64,000 nt of DNA, taken from NCBI GenBank assembly GCA_021613535.1, contig CP075493.1, positions 1,116,001 to 1,180,000 on the forward strand, written 5' to 3'. The notes under the pieces were generated by a model. The model saw nothing but the letters and a program-made list of their open reading frames with translations. It was not told where the DNA came from and did not search any database. The translations under genes were made by a program, and so were the position numbers. This DNA is from Adineta vaga. Taxonomy: Eukaryota; Animalia; Rotifera. Below are positions 50,491 to 64,000 of this stretch, in pieces. Each line of letters starts with the position of its first letter. Positions within the stretch are counted from its first letter, which is position 1.

Positions 50491-53400
50491 ATGGATCCTG
50501 AACCAGGAGAATATCGAGATTTTCCTGAACCAAATATTCTTGTCAATGATGCATTGGCACATCCATTTGCATCGCCTATACATGCTCAAACTATTAATCG
50601 ACCATTAAATGATCTTCCAGGCGTTGAAGAAACAAATTTCTATTCAGATATTCCATTAGAAAATTCTCAATCCAATGAAAATAGTTTGGAAGTTATTCCA
50701 ACGAAAGATAAATCAAAATACGAAGATCAACAAGAACTTTCCGATCATCAAGACGAAATTTTTCCAACCAAAACCAAAAAAATTGATTTTGATAACAAAT
50801 TCAAATCTCTACAAAATGAATATGAAAATGTTCGAAAAATAACGACATTATTTCAGAAGTAAGTTTTGATTATGACGAGCAAAGAAAACATATTTATTCT
50901 GTTTATCAGTATATAATTGAAAGAATAATTTTAGTCAATTAATTGCTGTGCAAACACTTGGAGAAAAATTAAGTTTATTTTGTTCTGATTGTCGATCGGA
51001 AATCGTTTCTACATTAAATATTCAACAAAATACAGATAATCTAACAACATCTCAATTTGAAATGTTAACTTTTTATGCTCCCGATTCGAATTCCATTTCT
51101 TCCACGATCGCCAGGAAATTACTCAATCAAAAATCAACGGAAAATTTTGCGAATAATTATTCCGATCGATTGAATTATGCTCGATCAATAATGAATTTGT
51201 TTAAACAAACTAAACAATTACAAATTCAACTTTCGTCATTAAATGATCTTTTAATAAAATCTGTTTTATCGAAAACAGAACGTTTTCAAGAAATTGAACA
51301 ATATTCAATTATTCCCAAGAAATTCTTTAATAACTCTTTAGATGAGAATATTTATCAATATGAAACAGCAAAAGAGAATGTTTATATTCGTTGTTTGCAT
51401 AATCAATTAATAAAAGATGATATTGAAATTGTTTGTATCGATCATTGGAAACATTCATTAGCAGAAATCAATTATAATCTCTCCGAAAAATCTTCATTAA
51501 TCTTCGATATACAATTTAAACGAGTTATTACTTCAATGGATCAATTAACAATTGCAATTCCTTGTTTTTCATTATCATCCTTACAAACTCATCAACAAAT
51601 TTTTATTCGATGTAGTAAGAAAAAAGATTTGATTGGTAAGAAAAACAATGTTTGCATTTAGAACGTTCAATGGATCCGTTGATTCATATTCCGGCAAGAA
51701 TCGAACTATACAATGATATTCATTATGCAATTTTTCGTTTAACACATTCATTAAGTGATATTTCTGTGGAAGCGGTACTATTTTATCCATTTGAAATCTT
51801 GCACGAATCTCAAGAGGGTAAAAATCGATCTATCTAAATGTTATTTCCATAGAACGAGAATATGATCGAAGAGATAATGATTTTTATGTTCAGGAGCACA
51901 TGTTCGATATTGAATAAAGAAAATTTTAGGTTCAAATTTCATTTACACAAGTAATCATTCATCTGTCTTTCGAATTGAAACTCCGAAGAATTATTTCATT
52001 CGTTCACCACGTGTTCGTTTTATTCCATTAAATAATGATCTTCTTCAATGTATCAATAGTATAAACATCATCTCTATGTATTCTTTCATTTTCTTTGTAA
52101 AAATGTTTTGAAATAGATTTTCAAACGGAAGATCAATTATTATCATCATCGGATTTAATCGAATTTGAATGGTTTAAAGAAAACAAAATCGAAGGAATGC
52201 TATCGATCACTGTTCAATTCACTCGACATTTTAATCTTCTCAATCAAGCAAATGAAAATTTACGAAAACGACGTCGAAAAGGTCAAAGTAATTAATTTCG
52301 TCTCTCGTATTCGCATTTCTCTTTTGTTTTTTAAGAAAAAATGTTTTTTCAACGTGAAAAATTTGAACAAGACAAATATGATGAATCCGGTGGTTCACTA
52401 GGTCTAACTCCTACATCTAATGATCGTATAACATCGCCAACTGTCATATCACATTTACCAAGTTTAATTTCAATTCTTCAACGAACTGAAAATGATCAAT
52501 CAGAAGAATTAATAAAACGAAAATTAAATTTAAATCGTGAAAATCCTTCTCAAACAATCTTCAAATGGAAATTAGATAGTTTTCAAAATACAAATGCACC
52601 TATTATTCTTCTTGGATATAAAAATCGTAAATGGAGAAATTCAAATCATTTAGTAACCATTCTATCCACAGATAATAAAGATATTTTTATCATAAATTCA
52701 GTAAGAATTGTATGCCGGAGAGAAAATGTTCACGTTTTTTTGATTTTAGACAATTCTATTCGATCGAATGATTCTCATTCGTTGTTGGCCGGAATCAACA
52801 AATGAAGGAAAATTTGATAAATTAGCTGAAAATCTTTGGTCATTATCTTCAATGAAATTATTCTCTTGTGTTCTTGCACGCAATTCAACTATTCTAACAC
52901 ATTATGGATTGATTATTGTACCCATTGAAAAACAAAATTTTGCAGAAGATTTACTTCGAAAACGAAATTATACGGAATGGATTTTTCATGAACAATTGCT
53001 CGATGATAATCATAGTCAAACGCAATTAACAAGAATTAATCAATATCAATCTCAACATACATTATCTTTTGAAGAATCATTGAGAAGTATTTCAAAATAT
53101 GTTCAATTTTGTCTTCAGGAAGGAACTTATGTCACTATTTTACCGACAGGAAATATTGATTTACATAAAAAAGGTAATGAAGAATACGATGACAAACGTC
53201 GTGAATTGTCATTTGTTTTCTAGTTGAATTAAGTCTTCGCTTACATGCGCAATATCCAATTATCTTAGAATTTGATATTTATCCTATTGATATCTATAGA
53301 CAGAAAACCGATGAAGATTTTATTGGTGCATTGAATATCTATCAAATTAATAAACATACAATGGCATTGAAATCGACTAGTAGTACATTAGTAATTGATT

Positions 53401-54114
53401 AGAAACTTATGTTGTTGTTTTTTTTCTGAAGAAATTCTCATGGTTATTTAGACTGCGGCAACTGTTCTATCTCGAACATCTTCTAGTTCGAAAGATTTTG
53501 ATGGGCTACCAGGAATTTCATCTCCTCGAACATCGACAAGTGGACCGGACACGATAAGTCATAATGATGCAAGATCCGTCGGTTTCGAACGAATGACAAT
53601 TCGTGATTTGAAAGATACAAATCTTGTCTGTGAAATTCCTATTCGTCTTCCTAAATATGCATTTCATTCTCCTTCAACACAATCGAATACAATACCAATT
53701 CAAGTTCCACAGTTTTTTCATGTAAATTGAATTTTGATTAATTTTATTTCAATTATTTTTGTTCATTTTCAGGAAGTCATAGAATCATTAACCGAAGGTA
53801 AACGAGAATTTGCTGAAGCATTAAATATTCATCCATCTCTAATCAATCCACTTCTTATCACAAGAAAATCTTATCAACAAAGATCACAATCAAATACATC
53901 AATTCATGGAATTTCGAAAACAAATTTATTCATTGAATCTTTACCAAAAACCAAACTTGAAAATGAAACATTATTCAAATGGTTAAAACGACAAAATGTC
54001 TTTTATATCAATGAAACTATTGAGAAAATTATCTCAGCTTTGATTCAAATTGGACGTATCGATTTAGCGTATATGTTTAAAATCAATAATCTAACTAATA
54101 AATGTTCAAATTAG
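50491..54114 (+). CDS. Large multi-exon protein with C-terminal death domain (DTHD1/PIDD-like architecture)
   Basis: Consecutive same-strand ORFs separated by short introns; REFAEALNI...LFKWLK...IISALIQIGRIDLA; UPA-like end VCEIPIRLPK. Confidence 0.55.
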
Positions 54115-54484
54115 ATAGGTTCGTTACTTTTTCAAGGTTGAGTATATAATCAGTAGTGAATCTTCCATGAACTGTCTATAATTCAAATTCGAATATAAAT
54201 GCACATTCAGCTATTTGATGTCACTTCGAAAGTAAATCATGAAACTTGAGCTAGAGTTTTTCCATACACAGTGTTAACCTTTATCTATCAAAAATAATGA
54301 CTAGGAGCATTTTTTCAAATATACGAAGTCGAATTAGACACCTATACTCTGATGCATAGATGTCTCCTTCGTCCGAGAATGTTTCTTTCTTTACTATTGA
54401 TTTAAATATAACTAAGCAACGGCAAATAGAACATAAAATAAATGACGTGAAATTCATATTAAATCAATTCAAAGAAAAAAAGCA

Positions 54485-57280
54485 ATGTCTAATCTACCAC
54501 CGTGGCTTGTTGAAAGTCGTGAAAATGTTTTGAAAACAAAGGTTGAGTTTTTTTTCTTTCGAAATCAATATATTTTCTAGAAGAAATAAATGAACTTTTA
54601 TTTCAATCTATTTAAAGGAATGGGATGCTTTAACTCATAATATTTATGATGCTGTCGATCAACATTTAGCACAAAGTCACGTTCAATATTTTACTGATTT
54701 ATCTGATGCAGAAAAAAGTCTTGTTCTCGAACGAGCTGCACGAAGTTTAAAAGCAAGCAGTGGAGGACGTAGGTTTTCTTTTTATTTTAAAATGAAGTTT
54801 AAAGAACATCTTTTCTTCTATATATTCTAGCAACTCCATATGATAATTTAAATAAACGTGTATCAGATTTTCTTGATAAAGGTGTTAATAATGATGTATC
54901 TCGATCATTAATCAAAGATGATCCAATGGAAACAAAAACAGATATTATTTTAGACAAAGTATGTGAAGGTATTGTTGGTTTATTACGTAAATGGCCTGAT
55001 CAAAAATATAAATTACATGCTTTTGTTAATCAATCCTTACCACAACCATTACGTTTTGTTGGATGGCATCTTTATTTAACTAATACGAATCGTATGTTAT
55101 TGATAAAAATATCTTTTTTTCTTTTCTTCACTGATTAGTTTAGATCGACAAAAGTTTATCAATGATTTAGCTAATAATCCGCGAAGTGTTTTATCATCTA
55201 TGGATTCGGATATACAACGTAATTGTGATAGTCTTGTTCCAACATTACCATCAGCAAATGATATGAGTGATTCAAAAGGTAAAATGATTTCAACAATCGA
55301 ATTTAGTTTTTCTTCAAATTTTCTTTTCAGGAAATATGAGTGCAATGAAAGCAATCTTATCATATCATCACTCAATGCTTTCGAATAATCGTGATTTAAG
55401 TGATTCGGAATATTATTATTCCGTTCCTATTGTTCTTTCACATAATCCACCTTTATCAAGGTAGAACGAGAGAGAAAAAAACTTGAATTTACATGAAATT
55501 TTTATTGTTGTTGTTTTTCTTCTGATTAGAACGGAGAAACCTTATGAAAAATCTCTTTCAATTTTAATTGAAATGTATCGAACTTTTTTGGATACAATGC
55601 CACCCATTCTACGTGCTGCTTATTTGAATGTAATCAAAACAAATTTGATTTATTCATAATTGAAAATAAACTTCTTTTTTTTAAATAGAATTCAACACAA
55701 GAACTTGATCCATGGTTTGTTAAAGTCGATCAGAATTTAAGAGATATCGATCGTCCTCTCTATAATCATATTCGAAGTACAATCAATCCATCAGGTTAAT
55801 TGTCCTTTCAAATCATATTTTATCAACAAAAATCATCGATCGATCTTTTTTTCTTCAGATACACATACATCCGGAGCAGTTGATCAAAATGTTTTATCTT
55901 TTCTCCGAAAATGTTGCTATACGTGGTTTAAATACATGTTTGTTGGTAAGAATATTCAAGATACTCTGTGAGATTATATAAATCTGATCTATTTGTAGGA
56001 TGTCTTACAACGGATCCTTTATTATTTGTTTGGGATCAATATTTAATTACAAGTGATGTACCTAAATTTTATGATGAATTAATTCCAGCTATTGCAGCAT
56101 CGATGATTATAACATTGAGAGATTTTCTACTAAAATGTCGATCGGTTTGTTATTGTTTTTAAGATAAATAATGAAAATTTCCTTTTAGTCATCCGATTTA
56201 GAAGTTGTTCTACAAAGACGAACAAATATTATCATAACACGTCAATTACAATCGGTTATTGTACGATTCTTTTTACCGGATTTTAAAAATCGTATTTCAA
56301 AATCAAGTTTCGGTCCAGTTATTGATCCAACGGAAGGTTTGAATGAAAATTACATTTCTAAACTTTATATTTACTTTACGATATTCTTGTTTAGGACGTC
56401 AATGGACAGGTTTTAATCGAGATCATGTTCCACAAGTTGCTAATCGACCTGAACAAAGATTTACCGATCGTGAAAGAAATGAACAGTAAATGATTATTTT
56501 CTATTCACTCTGAGTTTATTAACTTTTATTTCCTCCAATTTAGAACTCTTCAACTTGAAAAACGATTACGAGAGGTATGATTTTCAAATAATCATATCTT
56601 CTTTTCTTCGAAATTATTCATTTGTATAAAAAGGAAATGACTAAACGAGAAGAAAATGAACGATTATTACAATCAAAAATAGATCAACTTCAACGTGATA
56701 TGGAACGTTTGAAATACAATCCTGTTCCAATAACAACAATACAACCGGTACTAACAACAGTTCAACCAGTAGTAACAACAATTCCTCCACGAGTACAAAC
56801 ACCTGTCGAACGATATGTTGTTCATGAAACTCATACAAAAGTAATTAACATTAGACTTTGATCTGTTTTTTTCTTTTTTAAACAAAGAATTCTATTTAGC
56901 CTTTAACACCACCAAAAGAAGTTTCACGACGAGCACCGATGAATAGTCCAATCCATGATTTACTTCGTAAAATAGCTCAAACATGCAATCGAGGTAGATT
57001 TTTTGTGAAGAAAACGAATTGAATTTCATATGTTATTTTTTTATTAGTGGCACATGGTGAAGGTAAAAATAGTGTGGTTTTAAATGAACAAACTAAAAAT
57101 GATATTCGAGTTCATAAACTTGACTTAAAAATGGCTGAACGACAAGTTATTGGCCGAACATTACAAGCCGATGAATGGGATCAATTACCAGCAACACAAA
57201 AAGAAGTTTATAGTCAACAAATGCTTGAAGCTGTTAAAGCACGAATTCAAAAACGATATACTGCTGGACGAAAAGTTTAA
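54485..57280 (+). CDS. Multi-exon protein with Rab-GAP TBC-like motifs and a coiled coil
   Basis: LPQPLRFVGW and WFKYMFVGCL..DPLLFVWDQYL resemble TBC motifs; many canonical short introns. Confidence 0.55.
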
Positions 57281-57602
57281 TTTCTTTTTTCTTCTTAAAC
57301 ATTCATTCTGTCATATTATATATTTGCTTCATTGAATAAATCATTTCATATGCTTTCATTTCGTTTAAAATTATCGAAATTTTCATGTAAGGATAAAGTT
57401 TATTTTGAAATATCAAGAATTCGTCAATACACATTCTTACTCGATGAAAAGATCAAAAAAAAACATATTTCAATAATATCTATAGGACAAATTTTCACAG
57501 GATTATTTTCACTTCGTTATATTATATGAACAGAAAACAAACAAAATAAATATATAATACAAATTAACGAAGAAGTTCACAGTAAAAATGTTTCTTTTTC
57601 TT

Positions 57603-60600
57603 TCAACTACCACTATCATAACCTGTAACAATAATTGATGGTGAACCAAATGGTATTCCGTTATTTCGTCGATGAAAATCAACAGATTGTTGAGGAAAGG
57701 TTGATGAAGGTGAACTTAATTGTTCTTGATCATTATCATGTTTATTATATCGATTAGGAAGATGTATTGACGGTTGTTGTTCATAATTTAAATTTGTTTG
57801 AATAAAACTATGTGGACGTTGTTTAATAAATGCTGTTCGAGTTTGTTGTTTTGTACGAAGATGATTATCATTCTTATTCATAATTGTTTCATCGAATGTT
57901 TGTTGTCGAGTAGGAAGACGAGAACGATGTTGATTATTCGAATTGATTTTCTTATTTTCATCTTGCATTAGAAATTCATTGATTATTCGATTCGTTTTTT
58001 CATCAATTGTATTTTCATTTAATAATAACATTGAATGATTCGTTGAGGTCGATCCTAAACTTGATGTTGTAGGTTCACGAACTAAACTAAATTTTAAACG
58101 TGATTTTGTTCCACTTGCTGCTGCTGCTGTTGTTGATGATGTTAATATTGGAGAGATTGACGCAGGATGTTGCGGATTTGATGAAGATGAATTGATTGGA
58201 GATGTTGGATGATCAAAGGACATTGAACCACGTTTCGAACGGAATGATTCGACACGAGAACTTACACTAACTGATGGAGATTTTTGAAATAAATGACGGG
58301 GATTAGGTGTTATGTTTGTTCGTATAGGAGCAGCTGGCGGAGAAACATCTGCGATTAGGTAACATCGAATCATTATTTGTCAAAGATTCTAAAAGATAGA
58401 AAATGAATTCAATTAGACTTTTTCATCATATTGAATTACCTAAAATTTCTGTTTCATTTGATTTTGAACGTTGAAAACCATTATGTCGAATTTGTAGTGA
58501 TGATGCTGATGATGTTGAATTTTGATTATATTCATGTTCATTTGTTGTTATAATACATGGAAGAAGACCAGTGGATGTTGCATGACGTTTATCTTTACTA
58601 AATTCTTTTCGTTTTTTACTTGCTGTTCGATGAAATGATGGCGATAATGAAAGTGATTTATTTGTATTCGGAGATAAAAATTGATTGAATACATTTGTTG
58701 ACGAATGTTCATCAAGTGGAATATTTGTTGATAGACTACGTTGATAAACATGTGCAGATAATCTGAAATGAAAATTTAAAAAAAAACACAAAATAAAATG
58801 GAAATGATTGATTTAATTTACTGATGAGAATTTGATTGATGTTCATTTAAATCATCTTCAAGATCTTTGACATCAACACTTCGTTGTTGTAAAGATGATT
58901 TAGGAATAAAAATAACACTTTCAGCTCCATCTGTTGACATCCAATCTAAACTTAATGTTTGATTTTGACTTTCAAATGATTTATAAGCACTATCATCTTG
59001 TTGTGGTTGTTTCGATGGAGAATTAATTCGTAAACGATGATGATGCATTTCAGGTAGATTATATTCATTTCCTGACGATTCAATCGATGTAAAATGATCA
59101 TTTTGTCCTCGACTACTTGTATCTGATTGCATATCGAAATCTGTTTCGAGACTTCGATCAAAACTGGAATTTTCACTTTTACAATTTAAATTATTTAATA
59201 AATTGGAAAAATCTGAAGATTTTAATGTTGTTGAAAGATTATTTGCTTGTTCTTCTCGTCTTGCATTCGATTGATTGATACAATTTCGACGTTTTTCATA
59301 TGTTCGTCGTAAAGCTTGACGACGAACTTCAGGTGGTGGTAGAAGAAGATTTGATGAACTTTTTCGACGATGATCATAATTCGATGTATCATCATTTTTA
59401 GTATCAGTTTTGGTTTTCTTCGATGAATGACTTGTAAACATTCCAGCAGCTGAATCAATTGATGTGGATGTAAATAAATCATCCGGTGATGTTTGATCCA
59501 TTTGTTGTTGTCGTCGATCTTCAATTTCATAAGAATGATGAATACGCCAGAAATCTTTCCGAGATTTATTGTCAGATTTTCGAATATTTTGATCCTAAAC
59601 AAAACAAGATTTTAACAAACATACTTCGGTGAAAAAATGTTTCGTTACTAATTGAGACAATTGAACAGCTTGAACAAGTTGACTCATATCAGGAATTTTA
59701 ATGACAATCGGTGGTGGAGCTATGGGTGATGATGTATGATGTTCTTCAGCACATTCATAAGATTTTGTTCGTCGATTAACAACAAGATCGGAACGATGAT
59801 TAACTGGTCGAAGAAGATTAGCCGCATCAAAACTACGTGATTGTTTATCAACTGAACCAGAATTTGGTGATGTTGGATCTTCTAATGATCGAGAATGTTC
59901 ATGTTCACGTTGTACAATCGATGAACGTATTGGCGATGTATTTGAATTGCGACATCTTTCTTTTGAACAAAAGAATTTCGTTTACTTATTATCGAAACTG
60001 GTGGAGATAAATGTTGAGAACCAGGTGGAGTACTTGTCGATGGATTTCCTTGAACAGATAAACTTGAACCACGTGGTGTAAAATACATTTCCTGTTGTGG
60101 AATAATCATTGATGATGGAGTTGAAGGTTGTTGAGGTGGCGTATGATATGCTAAATTAACATCGAAACTACTTTGACGATAGGGTGATAATGAAGATGTT
60201 CCTGATGGACGTGTATCAATATTTATTGTATAACCTTTTTCAAGACGTGGTATATCTGATCGTTTTTCTATAATAACAGAATTATTCGAATTTTGTCGAA
60301 CATAACATCGAGGATCAACTTGAAGATATTGTTCGGTGGGTTCATCATCATTGGATATATTTTCATAGACAGTACTAGTGTAATAATAATATCGTTCGAA
60401 AACAACGATGACTATTAGAAAGATTATTTTAACTTACGGATTTTGTTGTTTATTACCATTTTGAAGTGGAGGTACATGATAATCAATTGATGATGGTTTG
60501 GAACTCGGTATTTGCCATTGATTCCTGAGGAAAATAAGACAGAATCAACAATCACTTTTTGTTATGAACGATTTATACAATTTCAGTAAGAAAAGAAGAG

Positions 60601-61033
60601 ATCAATTCGGACAAAATTCTAATGAATAAATCTACCTGCTAACTCTCAGCATCACTGGAGAATGAACGAAAAAAAAAAGGTGTTTTACTGTGGTAATTGA
60701 TATCGATCAAGTGGATTCGATCGTCTTGGTTCAAGTGGAGGAATTATCTGAAGTCCACGTCGATTTAATCGATTTGAATCTAATATCAATGCTGGATTTA
60801 ATGTTTCATATAAAAGTTTCATTTGTTCGGTTTCCCTACAAGTGAATAAAACAAACAAACAGATGATTTGTCTTTTTTTTCTTGAATAATTTTGAGAAAA
60901 AATTTACCTCAAACTTTTTCGATTTAACCAATATTTGCATAATAATAAAATCGAAAAAACAATGAGAAGACCACCGACAATGCCCGTTATAAGTACAATG
61001 AATGCCAGACTTCTTTGATTAAAAGCTCGTCAT
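57603..61033 (-). CDS. Single-pass membrane protein with long Ser/Pro/Gln-rich disordered cytoplasmic tail (apparent indels near 61022 and 59942)
   Basis: N-terminal hydrophobic helix LAFIVLITGIVGGLLIVFSILLLC, chain of low-complexity exons with GT-AG introns. Confidence 0.6.
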
Positions 61034-64000
61034 CTACTAAAATATGAAAAATCAAGAAATCTTCTCCTACTTTTTCATTGAGACACAATCAAAAAAAGGA
61101 GAAAAAAAACCTATTATCTCCTCTCTTCAACTTTCTATTAATTGTTTTCGTGATCATACGAGCAAAAAAAACTAATTACGTCAAGTAGTTTATGATGAGT
61201 ATGAGTTTCTTCAATCAAATCTAACAGCATAGTTACAAATTAGTTCTTCTTTATTGAAATTCATTAATAGAACTCAAAATTAATATTCTGAGTTTTAAAC
61301 TATTCGAATATCAAGAAGATTATCTTCGACTTTATTTATAATCTGAAAGAAAAATATGAGTAGAATTTGATTGTTTGTATGTAATAGAACAGTATTTTGA
61401 TGATCTCTATTGAACTATTCAGAAGAATGTCGGTTAAAAAGAGAGAAAAGAACGTTTTCCTGTTTTCTTCTGTTCTTTGTCGTTTCTTTCGATCTTTTCT
61501 ATTGTATTCACAGAGGAGTCTTAAATATAATGAATTTTCTTTCATATGTCACATCGTTTAATAGCAGAAAAGTAGTGAGAGGAGTGACAGGAATATTAAC
61601 GAGTGAAAAACTATGTGTGTGTGTTTATGGAAATAGAGAAAGAAAAGGAAAAGAAAAGAAATCTAAACAAGATTTTATCTTAAATCTTCTATCAAATAGA
61701 ATCAATTGATTCTTTTCTTCGTCTATCAATAATTTCATGAAATACATTACCAATATTTGATATTTCTGTTTATTTTCCTATCGAAAAATAAAACCAAACT
61801 AATATACTATAGAAAAGATCGAAGAAATTCTCATGAGATTGAATTTTTTCCTTTCTAAAAATTGACAATAGAATGAAAATATATTCCAATTGTCAATCGA
61901 AGAAAACAAACTAAATTCAGAAAATTAGAATGATCAATCGAAAGAAAATATTATGAATTATATGTCTAGAAGTAAAGTATATACACTTATGATTTATTAA
62001 ATGTTAATAGAATGAGTAGGCCAATGATTGTTTGATGTAACGGAAAATGAACGAATATCTAAGTATCTACGTCTTTTTATCGACAATGCCATTACTAATG
62101 ACGTCGTCTAGTTTATTCAATGTATGATAAGAATAAAAACAAATATGCTTCTGTATTATAGAGAAAAGAAAATCTTATTTTTCTTCTTTGATTAGAAAAA
62201 GACATTATCTATATCTGATGAACGTATATGCGTGACTTTTAATCAATAAAAAATCTCATTCAACTTAGAAGGAAAGATTTATTCATCAAGAAAATTTTCA
62301 ATAATAAAGTTCCTATTCGAGTACACTATGATGATCTCATATTTAAGCCAACAATAAAAAGAAAACGAGAGAGAAAAAAAAGAATTTATCGTTTAATGAA
62401 AAAACGCACATGCCTGCACGCACATGAAATTAAATAAGAATATATTATGTAAACTCTTTTACCTTGATTCGTTTTCTTTTTTCATTCATTGTTTGATTCT
62501 TAAATGACAGGAAATTATTTAGTATAGAATATTTTCAAATCTACTCAATTGACATCGAATGTCAATAGAAGATAATGAAAAACTCTCATTTTTTTCCTTT
62601 TTTTAAAATATGAAATATTAATCATATACTCGGGTGAAAGAGGAAAGTGTTAACTACCAGCAAATAACCCTTTGGAGATTTATATATTCACATCTTTATG
62701 TTGTCAATATCAACTATTAGAAAAAATAATTATCTGATATTTATACTTAAACCGAATTAATAACTATGCGATGCTATCTTGAGAACGATTATCTAACAAA
62801 AAAGAGAATATCTTCAAAGGTGTACATACGATTCTTTTTATTGAACTAGAAAAAGTAGGGGAAAAAAGTTTGTTAAGTATATTTTTATTTATGCGTTTAT
62901 CTTTGTCATCATTGTTAAAAAACTTCGCTCTTTTCTATAGACTCATTTTGTCAAATGTGTTTCTAGACCATTTTTCTCACTCTTTTTTCCTCTTCTTCTT
63001 CTTCTATGTTTAGCTGCTAACAATGGATGTGTGACAAGAGAAATAAAAATATTATTTTCATACGTTTTTATATCGCGTGTTTATTATAAAATGCATTCGA
63101 ATTTGACGATATAAAAAAAAAGTTTAATTTCAATTCGATTAATAACGATGAGTTGATATCTAATAAAAGATGAAAGTATAACTATCACGGAAATGATCTT
63201 ATTACGTCTTTTATTAACAATAATCTCAAATGAAAACGAATTCTATTCTTTGATAGACTAAATATCTTTCTTCCGTTATGAATTTCCTTAAAATAGAATG
63301 GTATTTTTCTTTTCAAATAAATTATTCAAACGAAGAATTTCAGAAACGACGAATAACACAAGAATATGATATGTTATGCAAGAAGAACTTTTACTATAGT
63401 TATTATTCATAGATAAAGTTTTCAAACTAGAAAGTTCTAGTAAAAACGGATATTGTATTACTGAGATAATGAACTCAAAGTAGATCTTCAATTTGAAACA
63501 AAATGCAGATAATTCTTTTCCAGGTCACTTCATTCGAGACTTCCGAATCACACAATGAGTAAACCTATCGCACGTGAAAATCTTCTCATACGCTGTTCTT
63601 GACATGAAAAGAGATAATTTTGTGGTTGAAGCATTAGCAATGTCACCAAAATCCTTACTCATCGACACACTATCAACTTCAGAAGATTTTAAATACTTGA
63701 AAATTAAAAGTATTCTCTTCGAACTTTGTTTCATAGATTTACTGATATTTTGAAATGAGTTTGTTTTGTAGTTATGAGTAGAAAAAAAGAGAGTTAAATA
63801 TTATCATAAAAAAGGTGAATGGATTAATAAGAACAAGAAATTGTCTCGAGAAAATTGCAAACAAAACATGTGCGAGTTGTTGTTGAACAAATAAATGAAT
63901 AAAGAAGTCTAGAAGAATATATATATATATATCGATTGACTTGAGAAAATGAGACATTGCATTTTTTCCTATGTTTCATCTATATGACAATAGTTGAGTA

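Noticed and set aside
63290-63740. Coding-like stretch on both strands
   Set aside because: Multiple stops and no recognisable motif; at most a decayed fragment

Overview
AT-rich eukaryotic (animal) genomic DNA with many short GT-AG introns of about 50-100 bp. The gene families (ART-TPR proteins, intronless rhodopsin-like GPCR, bacterial-type kelch, cupin, PssA and NRPS-derived domains) and a TGTGGG/TGAGGG array point to a bdelloid rotifer (inference). About 20 genes or pseudogenes can be supported: MARVEL protein, knottin-like secreted peptide, WASH1-like, FEM1-like, cupin, GPCR, glycosyltransferase-like, ADP-ribosyltransferase-TPR, kelch, a T-type Ca2+ channel, ELOVL, intron-containing tRNA-Arg(CCT), PssA-like, two zf-3CxxC/RTP genes, TMEM272-like, a death-domain protein and a TBC-like protein. 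There are also several MITE and Helentron-like repeats and gene fragments carrying internal deletions. The standout is a complete four-domain Cav3 (T-type, EEDD filter) channel whose N-terminus is a degenerate NRPS-type adenylation domain, joined to the channel inside one uninterrupted exon. Several single-base frameshifts in short homopolymers may be sequencing errors. All family assignments come from motif recognition by eye; no database searches were run.
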